Below are positions 43,529 to 51,318 of a stretch of DNA of 52,000 nt, piece by piece; the first letter of the stretch is position 1; each line of letters opens with the position of its first letter. The notes under the pieces were generated by a model that was not told the DNA's origin, searched no databases, and worked only from the letters and a program-made list of their open reading frames with translations. This DNA is from Alphaproteobacteria bacterium. Lineage in GTDB: Bacteria; Pseudomonadota; Alphaproteobacteria; UBA8366; GCA-2717185. The stretch spans positions 1-52,000 of the forward strand of contig JBLHZD010000001.1 of the NCBI GenBank assembly GCA_047631095.1. Reading direction: 5' to 3'. The translations under genes were made by a program, and so were the position numbers.

Positions 43529-43834
43529 AGGGTTTTCCTCGTAAACGATTGTCCGGACAAAAAAGGTCCTAAATCCTTAGCATGGATATACATGGATTAA
43601 CATTTGGGTGGGTTGCATCAATGAAGTGTTCGGTCTGTCGAAATGGTTTCTATAATCCAATATAGGAATATATACCGATTTACGAAAATGTCAATTCGCC
43701 GCGATGGACAAACTAATGGGCCACCGCTAACGATAGAGGTTAACGCGCGACCTGACCTTTCGCTTATAGACCTGTCACGAACGCCCTACCGATTATCCAC
43801 TTTAAAATCTGTTCCAAATTTTGGGGAAATCATC

Positions 43835-44929
43835 ATGAAAATTACCGGATTCGAAACCGCCGCGCTGAACGTGCCTGAAGATGAGCCCCTCGCCAATATG
43901 CCCGAAGAGGATGGCCGCACCCGCCCGGTGGTGAGCCTGCGCCTGCGCACCGATGCGGGGATCGAGGGCATCGGCGTGACCTTCTACGGTGGCAAAATGT
44001 CCGGCAGCCTGAAAGTCGCCGTGGAGGAGTTGGCCGAACTAACGGTGGGGGAAGATCCGCTGCGGATCGAGCGGATCATTGGCAAGCTGCGCGACGGCAC
44101 GGGCGACGCCTGCGGGCCGGGCGGGATTTTCACGCTGGCGATGTCGGCCATCGATATTGCGTTGTGGGACATCAAGGGCAAGGCGCTGGAGCAGCCCTTG
44201 TGGAAACTGCTGGGCGGTCATCGCGACCGGGTGCCGACCTATGCGTCGGGCGCGCTGCGGCGCGGGCTAACGGACGATCAGGCGCAGGAAGCCGCCAGCC
44301 GTCTGATCGCCAAGGGCTTCAATCAGATGAAGACGCAGATGGCGCTGCCGGGCAACCCGACGCCCGCCGATGAAGTGCGCCGGGTGCAGGTGATCCGCGA
44401 CGTGATCGGCCCGGACGTCAAACTGATGTGCGACATCAATCAGCGCTGGCGCCCCGAACAAGCCATTGATATCGGCATTCGTGCCAATGATGTGGGGCTG
44501 TTCTGGTTGGAGGACGTCACGGCGGCGGACGATTATCAGGGACTCGCGCGCGTCACCGATGCGCTGAGCACGCCGATTGCGGGCGGGGAATATCTGTGGG
44601 GCATCGCGCCGTTCCGCCAGATGATCGAAGCGCGCTCCGTCAATGTGCCGATGATCGATATTCTGCGCGTTGGCGGCGTCAGCCAATGGATGAAAGTGGC
44701 GGGCATGGCGGAGGCCTTCAACCTGCCTGTGGTCAGCCATGTAATGCCGGAAATTCTATGCCACGTCGTCGCCGCCTGCCCTAATGGGCTGACGGTGGAA
44801 TACATGCCCTGGATGTTGACCCTGTTCGAAGAAACGCCGGTCATCGAAAACGGCGAATTGGTTCTGCCCACCGCGCCGGGACTGGGATTGAAATTCGATG
44901 AAAAGGCGTTCGCCGCCTATAAGGCGTAG
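43835..44929 (+). CDS. enolase-superfamily enzyme, mandelate racemase subgroup (probable acid-sugar dehydratase)
   Basis: The start is at ATG 43835 (MKITGFETAAL), with GGGGA upstream. AIDIALWDIKGKA is present. The metal ligands are CDINQRW / WLEDV / AGGE, and the His/Asp dyad context is VVSHV / MIDIL. The 64-codon upstream extension of the ORF is non-homologous. Confidence 0.88.
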   Translation: MKITGFETAALNVPEDEPLANMPEEDGRTRPVVSLRLRTDAGIEGIGVTFYGGKMSGSLKVAVEELAELTVGEDPLRIERIIGKLRDGTGDACGPGGIFTLAMSAIDIALWDIKGKALEQPLWKLLGGHRDRVPTYASGALRRGLTDDQAQEAASRLIAKGFNQMKTQMALPGNPTPADEVRRVQVIRDVIGPDVKLMCDINQRWRPEQAIDIGIRANDVGLFWLEDVTAADDYQGLARVTDALSTPIAGGEYLWGIAPFRQMIEARSVNVPMIDILRVGGVSQWMKVAGMAEAFNLPVVSHVMPEILCHVVAACPNGLTVEYMPWMLTLFEETPVIENGELVLPTAPGLGLKFDEKAFAAYKA

Positions 44930-44944
44930 GGACCACCCGGCGCC

Positions 44945-44970
44945 ACACCGTTAAGCGGCGGTGTTTTTTA
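44945..44970 (+). terminator. rho-independent terminator after the MR-subgroup gene
   Basis: The sequence is acaccgtt-aagc-ggcggtgt (8 bp including 2 G-U pairs) followed by ttttt. It overlaps the 3' end of the convergent PEP-CTERM gene. Confidence 0.5.
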
Positions 44971-45774
44971 AGCGGCTGTGTTTTTCCGACGCCGCCGCAG
45001 CATCGGTAGGCCGAGAGTCATCAGAAGCAGCATTGAGGGTTCCGGCACGTCGTCGTCATCATCGGGCGGGTTGAGGACCGATATAGCTTGCGCGAAGGCA
45101 ATGATGTCTACCTGAAATCCCAATTCGTCGCCCGCTTTGAATTCGTCGCTGAACGAATAGGTTCCAGTATTCTTATCGTTGAAACTATTGCCGCTCTTGA
45201 CGGTTCTGGGTCCGATGGATCGGGCGGAGACGCCGTTGGGAACGAACGCCGCCTGGACCTGCGTGAGCCCAAAGGCTGTTTCGCCGGTGAGGGATGTGCT
45301 GAGGACAAGCTCCATTTCGTAGTTGAAGGAGATGGAGACGAAACCGTCCGAGCCGACGGTCAGAATCCCTTCGCGAATGACATGGCCGCCGCCATCGGCT
45401 GCGTTGTTCTCGCCGGAGGCGGACACATCGCCGCTGACGTTCAGTTGGCCGCTTGTCGTCGAGCCGCCGCCGCTGGCGCCGGATTGCGACGCGTCAAAAC
45501 TCGTATTTCCCCAGTCATTGGACGATTCACTGGTGGCGCCGCCGCTTGGATTTGTCGTCCCTGTATCGCCGAGCCCGGAAAAGACGTTTGTTTCCGATTC
45601 CGAAAAACTGAGAAGATCGCCGAACGAACTGCCCGCCGGGGCGTCGACGGTCAAACTGGACCAATCCACAGTGACCTGCGCAGAGGCGGAAGACAACGCT
45701 TTGGCGTCCTGTGGCGCCAGTGCGAACAGAAGGGCGGCGGCGATAAACAAGCGTGCGGCGTTCCAAACAGGCAT
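44968..45774 (-). CDS. PEP-CTERM sorting-domain protein (secreted, Ser/Gly/Thr-rich)
   Basis: The signal peptide is MPVWNAARLFIAAALLFALAPQDAKA. The C-terminus VPEPSMLLLMTLGLPMLRRRRK has the PEP motif, a TM helix and an Arg cluster. Confidence 0.75.
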   Translation of the reverse strand: MPVWNAARLFIAAALLFALAPQDAKALSSASAQVTVDWSSLTVDAPAGSSFGDLLSFSESETNVFSGLGDTGTTNPSGGATSESSNDWGNTSFDASQSGASGGGSTTSGQLNVSGDVSASGENNAADGGGHVIREGILTVGSDGFVSISFNYEMELVLSTSLTGETAFGLTQVQAAFVPNGVSARSIGPRTVKSGNSFNDKNTGTYSFSDEFKAGDELGFQVDIIAFAQAISVLNPPDDDDDVPEPSMLLLMTLGLPMLRRRRKNTAA

Positions 45775-46049
45775 CGTTAAATTTCCTCTTTTAAGTCATC
45801 CAATCACTATTGTTGAGTGCGCTTCTCTTCTGCTCCTCCATTAAACATACGGGTTTCGCCAAACGACGCATTGATATGGCGCAATCCGAGGGTTTAAGGT
45901 TTGTCCGGACCTGAAAAGGACATTTTTGTGAAAAAATGATAGCGTTGGTTTGATCTCGCCGTCGTTTTCTGCCTACTCTTGTTGTCGTTAAATCGCCTTC
46001 CGCACGAATCGTCAGATCATTTTCCACAACAAGGAGCATTAGAATCGCT

Positions 46050-47204
46050 ATGGAATACAATAGAGTTTCGGCTGATTGCCACCTGGATATGCCCTGGATG
46101 CCGCCGACGTTATTTACGTCTGAAGCGAGCAACGCCATGAAGGATCGTATGCCCTATGTCGAGGATGGCCCGGATGGCCCTCAATGGGTGACGAAGAAAG
46201 GCGCGAATTTCGGATTGCTGAATGGCGTGGGCCCCGGTGGCCAAAAACTGGTGCCCGGTCAGAACAAGCGCGTCGACATCATGGCCGAGACCGGCATGTT
46301 CGCCGATGGCCAAAAGGGTATCCAGCGGGTGTCGGATCCGCATATGCGTCTGAAGGAAATGGATCGCGACGGCGTCGATGCGGAAGTTATCTTCGGCATT
46401 CTCGGTTCTGCGTCGAAGATGCAGGATCCCGAAGCCGCCATTGAATTATTCCGCATCTATAACGACTGGCTGGTTGATTTCTGCAGCCATTACCCGGACC
46501 GCCAGATCGGCCTCGCTTGCCTGCCGTATGGCGATATCGACGCCGCCGTAGCGGAAGTTTATCGATGCGCCAAGATGGGGCTGCGTGGTTTGGAATTGTC
46601 GTGTTCCTGGGATATGGATCCGATGTGGCACCCGTGCTGGGAGCCGCTCTGGAAAGCCGTCAACGAGGTGCAATTGCCGCTGCATTTTCACACCTTTCCG
46701 ACATCCTCGCCTGCGGCGCGTGATTTGGCGCCGGGCACCGCGAAGCGCGCCGCTATGTTCACTGGCGTGACGGCCTTCCAAATGGGCTTGGTGAATATAC
46801 TGGCGGCGGTCATCGGGGCGGGCGTGCTGGAGCGTTATCCGAACGTCAAAATCTCGTTGGGCGAAAGCGGTGCGGGCTGGATTCCCTACGCGCTCGACCG
46901 CATGGACTTCGAGTATGAAGATCGTTTCCGTGATCTTATGCCGATGAAACCATCGGAATACTGGCATCGCCAGTGCCGGGCGACATTCCAGTATGACGTC
47001 ATCGGGCCGATGTTGTTGAACGCCAACAACCTTATGACCGAAGATACACTCATGTGGGGATCGGACTATCCGCATACGGATGGTATCTGGCCGGAATCGG
47101 CTAAATATATCGATGAGCAGTTCGCCAATTTGACGGCGGCGCAGATCAAGAAAATCACCTGCGACAACGCAGTTGAATTCTATGGTCTGAAGAAAACAAA
47201 CTAG
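46050..47204 (+). CDS. amidohydrolase_2 (ACMSD-like metal-dependent hydrolase/decarboxylase) family protein
   Basis: 384 aa, with SADCHLD near the N-terminus and MWGSDYPHTDG near the C-terminus. Confidence 0.85.
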   Translation: MEYNRVSADCHLDMPWMPPTLFTSEASNAMKDRMPYVEDGPDGPQWVTKKGANFGLLNGVGPGGQKLVPGQNKRVDIMAETGMFADGQKGIQRVSDPHMRLKEMDRDGVDAEVIFGILGSASKMQDPEAAIELFRIYNDWLVDFCSHYPDRQIGLACLPYGDIDAAVAEVYRCAKMGLRGLELSCSWDMDPMWHPCWEPLWKAVNEVQLPLHFHTFPTSSPAARDLAPGTAKRAAMFTGVTAFQMGLVNILAAVIGAGVLERYPNVKISLGESGAGWIPYALDRMDFEYEDRFRDLMPMKPSEYWHRQCRATFQYDVIGPMLLNANNLMTEDTLMWGSDYPHTDGIWPESAKYIDEQFANLTAAQIKKITCDNAVEFYGLKKTN

Positions 47205-47229
47205 AAGACGACAAACTAAGTGCGTGGAA

Positions 47230-47259
47230 CGCCCCCTTTCCACCGATGGGAAGGGGGCG
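47230..47259 (+). other. GC-rich intergenic stem-loop without a U-tract
   Basis: The 9-bp stem is cgccccctt...aagggggcg, with additional inner pairs. It lies between the amidohydrolase stop and the PhyH start. Confidence 0.4.
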
Positions 47260-47276
47260 CGACGCAAGGAGTCTCG

Positions 47277-48113
47277 ATGGGCCATAACCGGGTGGACCAT
47301 AAATTATCCGCACAGGAGCGCGAGCGTTTTGAGCGTGATGGATATCTTGTTGTCGAGAACGCGCTGGACCAAACAGAGCTCAACGAGCTTCTATCACTTT
47401 CGAATCAAATTGATCGCGACGAGCGCGCGTTAATCGGCGCCGACCCACTGGCGCGGTTGAACCATTATGACGTTATCGGTCGGGATCCGCGCCTGCTGGA
47501 TTTGATCGATTTGCCGACGACCTTTCCCAAGGTCTGGGGCATTCTCGGCTGGAATATTCAGCTTTACCATACGCATTTGACGGTGAACCCGTGCGCGCCG
47601 ACCGGTGAGTCGCAGGAGACGCATGGATTGGCGCTTGGGTGGCATCAGGATAGCGGCCAGTTGAATTTTGACCTTGAAACCACGCCGCGGCCCCGTGTGT
47701 CGTTGAAGGTCGGTTACTTTCTGAGCGATACGCGTGAAGCGGGGCGCGGCAATCTTTATGTGTTGCCGGGAAGCCATCTGGAAGACGACTTTCCAAGCGC
47801 CGATCGCAGGGGATTGCCAAATGGTGCCATACCCGTGTGCGTCCCACCGGGTACGGCGGTGATCTTCGATCGCCGTCTCTGGCATTCCGGCAGCGCCAAT
47901 TACTGGACCGCGCCGCGCCAGGTTTTGTTTTACGGCTATTCCTATCGCTGGCTTCGACCGCGCGATGAGATGGAAGTCGCGCATTATATCCGGCGTTGCG
48001 ATCCCATTCGAAAACAGTTGTTGGGCGAAAGCGTCACCGGCGGTCGTGGCTATACCTCGCCAACCGATGACGATGTCCCGCTGAAAGCGTGGATCGAACA
48101 GCACGCCGAATAG
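47277..48113 (+). CDS. phytanoyl-CoA dioxygenase (PhyH) family Fe(II)/2-oxoglutarate oxygenase
   Basis: The start is at ATG 47277, with AAGGAG upstream. FERDGYLVVENAL, the HxD motif in WHQDSG and the distal His in LWHSGSAN are present. Confidence 0.85.
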   Translation: MGHNRVDHKLSAQERERFERDGYLVVENALDQTELNELLSLSNQIDRDERALIGADPLARLNHYDVIGRDPRLLDLIDLPTTFPKVWGILGWNIQLYHTHLTVNPCAPTGESQETHGLALGWHQDSGQLNFDLETTPRPRVSLKVGYFLSDTREAGRGNLYVLPGSHLEDDFPSADRRGLPNGAIPVCVPPGTAVIFDRRLWHSGSANYWTAPRQVLFYGYSYRWLRPRDEMEVAHYIRRCDPIRKQLLGESVTGGRGYTSPTDDDVPLKAWIEQHAE

Positions 48114-48141
48114 GCTGCCCGGGTAAGAAGAGCGGGGGGTA

Positions 48142-49329
48142 TCAGTCCTTTTGGCGCAAAGCTGGATGGACCGTGGCGTCCAGGATATTCGGGGCCCGGC
48201 CGATGACATGCTCCGATTTACCCACGATCAACGGATCGGGACCATGCACGATGTGCGGGTCTTTACCGGGATAGGGCAGGCTGGCCAGAAAATGCTGCAT
48301 ACAGTTGAGCCGCGCGCGTTTCTTGTCATCCGACTTCACGATGGTCCAGGGTGAATCCGCCGTGTCGGTGTAGAAGAACATGGCTTCCTTGGCTTCGGTG
48401 TAATCGTCCCATTTATCGATTGAGGCCTTGTCGATGGGGGAGAGCTTCCAGCGTTTCAGCGGGTCTTTCGCGCGCGCATCGAAGCGGCGGTGCTGTTCTT
48501 CCTGGGTGACGGAAAAATAATATTTGAACAGCCGAATACCGCTTCGGCCCAACATGCGTTCCAGTTCCGGACATTGGCGCATGAATTCCAGATATTCGTT
48601 GGGCGAGCAAAATCCCATGACGCGCTCGACGCGAGCCCGGTTGTACCAGGAACGATCGAACATCACGATTTCACCGGCGGCGGGCAGATGTTCGATATAG
48701 CGCTGGAAAAACCATTTCGTGCGTTCGCGTTCCTCCGGCTTGGCCAGCGCGACGACGCGCGCGCCACGCGGGTTGAGATGCTCCATGAAGCGTTTGATGG
48801 TGCCGCCCTTACCGGCGGCGTCGCGACCCTCAAACAGGACGACGATTTTCTGCCCCGTCTCCTGAACCCAGCTCTGAACCTTCAGCAATTCGACTTGCAG
48901 CTCCGCCTTATGTTTTTCGTAGGCAGGGCGCCGCATCTTGTTTTTGTACGGATATTCACCGGTTTCAAAGGCGTGCCGGATGGCTTCGGGATCATGGCGC
49001 ATTTCCGCCAACGCATGCAGGACGCCGCCGGGATTGGACGGTTGCGAGGCGGGTGTCTTCGGAGTGGGCATTTGCGGGGCAGACGTTTGTTTGGCCTCCG
49101 GTTGGGCTTTTGGCGCTGTCTGAGGTTTGGCGTCCGCTATTGGTTTAACGCTGGGGTTCGCGCCGGGTTTGACGCCTGGTTTCGGGGCCGCTTTGGGCCT
49201 CGCCTGTTGTTTTACGGGCGGTTTTGCCGGCGTGGCGGTTGCCGCGCATTTTACCAGCGGACGTTTGGGCGTCGCCGAGGCGTCTGAGTTCGCAGCGATT
49301 TGAGGATTGTTTTGACTGTTTTGCGCCAT
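48142..49329 (-). CDS. ppk2: polyphosphate kinase 2 with a ~100-aa Pro/Lys/Ala-rich N-terminal extension
   Basis: The start is at ATG 49329, with GGAG 6 nt upstream. The PPK2 core is YPYKNKMRRPAYEKHKAELQVELLKVQ..LFEGRDAAGKGGTIKR..FDRSWYNRA. Confidence 0.9.
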   Translation of the reverse strand: MAQNSQNNPQIAANSDASATPKRPLVKCAATATPAKPPVKQQARPKAAPKPGVKPGANPSVKPIADAKPQTAPKAQPEAKQTSAPQMPTPKTPASQPSNPGGVLHALAEMRHDPEAIRHAFETGEYPYKNKMRRPAYEKHKAELQVELLKVQSWVQETGQKIVVLFEGRDAAGKGGTIKRFMEHLNPRGARVVALAKPEERERTKWFFQRYIEHLPAAGEIVMFDRSWYNRARVERVMGFCSPNEYLEFMRQCPELERMLGRSGIRLFKYYFSVTQEEQHRRFDARAKDPLKRWKLSPIDKASIDKWDDYTEAKEAMFFYTDTADSPWTIVKSDDKKRARLNCMQHFLASLPYPGKDPHIVHGPDPLIVGKSEHVIGRAPNILDATVHPALRQKD

Positions 49330-49551
49330 CGGAAACTCCAAGGGTAAGTAGGGAAATCGTGCGCAAGGAATGCAAATTTCGTCGCGCCGCGCATTGATTG
49401 AAATCAATCGCCCAGAGAAAAAAGGCGCCCTCTCACTATCCCGAAATTCCCAATGTTGTTATACTTTCTCATGAGGACGCGCCGGTTTGCGGGTTCGCGA
49501 ACAGTGCGGTTCTAAAGGAAACAATGCTCGACGAATAACCAGCGGCGGGCG

Positions 49552-49910
49552 ATGGTGGTGGATGACGACAATTTTGTCGCCGATTTCGTCAGCATTATAT
49601 TGAGCAAGCGGCTATACGGGACTGTTGCTTGCTATACGTTTGAAAAAGCGCTGGACCAGATGAAACATTCCAAATTCGATCTGGTTGTCGCGGATATATT
49701 TATGCCGGGTATGGGCGGGATCGAAGGGATTAGGCGCCTCAAAAACATGCATCCCGAAACAACCGTTATCGCCATGTCGGCGGGATGGAAAAATATGTCG
49801 CCGGAAGACGCCGTGGAGGCGGCTAAAAAATAGGCGCCGATGCGGGCTTGGTGAAGCCTGTCTCCACCGCAAAATTGACCGAAGTTCTGGCTTCTTTGGA
49901 AGATATGTGA
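49552..49910 (+). pseudogene. single-domain response-regulator receiver (CheY-like), interrupted by a 1-nt frameshift in an A6 run
   Basis: Frame 1 gives MVVDDD..DLVVADIFMPGMGG..VIAMSAG..AAKK then TAG (49831-33). The -1 frame continues IGADAGLVKPVSTAKLTEVLASLEDM to TGA at 49908-10. That stretch supplies the conserved receiver Lys-Pro and the last helix. Confidence 0.7.
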
Positions 49911-49932
49911 GGTGCGGTCTCACTGCACAGCC

Positions 49933-50850
49933 TCACCGCACGGTTTCACCGCCTAAATCCAGCACCTGTTCCGCCATGACAGCCAACATGCGCCAGGCGG
50001 TCTCGACATTCCGGGTTTCTTCAACATTGTCGTTATAAGTGTCCAGCGTGACATGCGCGCAGCCCAGTTCTGCGAGCATGGCCATATCCCCGCGAATTTG
50101 ATTGACGGAACCTTCGCCCACGGCGCGGTTATCCTCTGGCGTGGGGGTGTCGGTCAGGCGCAATTTTATGCGTGGGCAGAGCTGGGGCATCGGTTTTTCC
50201 GCCTGATCGGCGATTTCACGCAGGCGGGGGATTCCTTCGTCACGAAACCAGGACATCTGAAACCGAATGGGGTGCCAGCCATCGCCAAGCCGCACGGCGC
50301 GCCGCATGGCCGCCTCGCTGGCGCCGCCAACCCAGATGGGTGGGTGCGGCTTTTGTACTGGCGAGGGCGCCGGATCGACATTTTTGAACGTGACGAATTC
50401 TCCATCGACGGAAACGGACTCTTCCGTCCACAGCGCCTTGATGGCGCTCAGATATTCATCCGTCATTTTTCCGCGCCGATGAAAGGGAACGTTGAGGGCG
50501 GCGAATTCTTCCTTCGCCCAACCGACCCCGACCCCCAGAATCAACCGCCCGCCAGACAATTGGTCGATATTGGCGAACGCTTTTGCAACCTCCAGCGGAC
50601 TACGATAGGGGACAATCAGGACCGTCGTGCCGATTGAGATTCGCTCGGTGACGCCCGCCAGCCAGCCCAGGGTGCTGATCGGTTCATAAAAGGGCGCGGG
50701 ATATCGCGCGCCGACATCTTCGGTGATTGCGATGTGATCGGATATCAGAAGGTGATGATACCCCAGAGCCTCAACCATCTGCGCCCAGCGTTTAAAGGTC
50801 GCGGGCGTGGCGGAGGGGCCGAAATTGATTAGATTGACGCCGGTTTTCAT
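49933..50850 (-). CDS. LLM-class flavin/F420-dependent oxidoreductase (Rv2161c-like subgroup), paralogue of 42608-43528
   Basis: 305 aa, with LSGGRLILGVGVGW..F..RGKMTDEYLSAIKALW..PIWVGG..GDGW. Confidence 0.85.
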   Translation of the reverse strand: MKTGVNLINFGPSATPATFKRWAQMVEALGYHHLLISDHIAITEDVGARYPAPFYEPISTLGWLAGVTERISIGTTVLIVPYRSPLEVAKAFANIDQLSGGRLILGVGVGWAKEEFAALNVPFHRRGKMTDEYLSAIKALWTEESVSVDGEFVTFKNVDPAPSPVQKPHPPIWVGGASEAAMRRAVRLGDGWHPIRFQMSWFRDEGIPRLREIADQAEKPMPQLCPRIKLRLTDTPTPEDNRAVGEGSVNQIRGDMAMLAELGCAHVTLDTYNDNVEETRNVETAWRMLAVMAEQVLDLGGETVR

Positions 50851-50931
50851 AGCTTCCTTGCCTCCTGATGGTGACGACTACAGTCGAGGTGAAGCGTGGC
50901 CCAGGTGTTTCGCTGATGCAAGGCGGGCGGG

Positions 50932-51300
50932 CTAAGTCTGGTTCAGCCCAAGCTCTTTTTGCTTTTTCTTGGTTAGACCGAGTGAGACAATACGGTGCGA
51001 TTCGCTCAGATACGCCTTTAGGTCATCGTCGGAAAGACCGGGCTCGGCGTAGTTCTGAATCCACTTCATACCGCGCGACGCCAGATAGGGCGCGCGGCGC
51101 AGCCCATCCTGCTCCTGCAGTATCTCATAGGAAATTTCGGAAACCTTGAACGTGATCCCGGGGTATTTACGTTTCTCCCAGCCCCCGATGGCGAACACCT
51201 TGCCGCCCACTTTCCAGACATGCGCGCCGCCCCATTACACGACATGGGTCGTCTGCGGCAATGATCCGCAGAAATCGTTATAGTCTGTATAGTCCAGCAC
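50932..51300 (-). pseudogene. MmcQ/YjbR-family protein gene interrupted by a single in-frame TAA
   Basis: From GTG 51300 the translation is LDYTDYNDFCGSLPQTTHVV, then TAA (51237-51235). It continues in the same frame as WGGAHVWKVGGKVFAIGGW..RRAPYLASRGMKWIQ..SESHRIVSLGLTKKKQKEL. The joined product is about 122 aa, the usual size for the family. Confidence 0.65.
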
Positions 51301-51318
51301 GGCGCGGCGCTCTGATAC

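Noticed and set aside
43643-43834. 64-codon N-terminal extension of the MR-subgroup ORF
   Set aside because: The extension is AT-rich and non-homologous. The enolase-superfamily N-terminus (MKITGFE..) begins at ATG 43835 with a Shine-Dalgarno sequence.
45088-45780. 230-aa plus-strand ORF opposite the PEP-CTERM gene
   Set aside because: The minus-strand product has a signal peptide and a canonical PEP-CTERM tail. The plus-strand ORF has neither a start context nor motifs.
46446-49287. Long antisense ORFs opposite the amidohydrolase, PhyH and PPK2 genes (284, 259 and 265 aa)
   Set aside because: These are shadow ORFs. The sense genes carry the diagnostic motifs WGSDYPH, WHQDSG and GRDAAGKGG.
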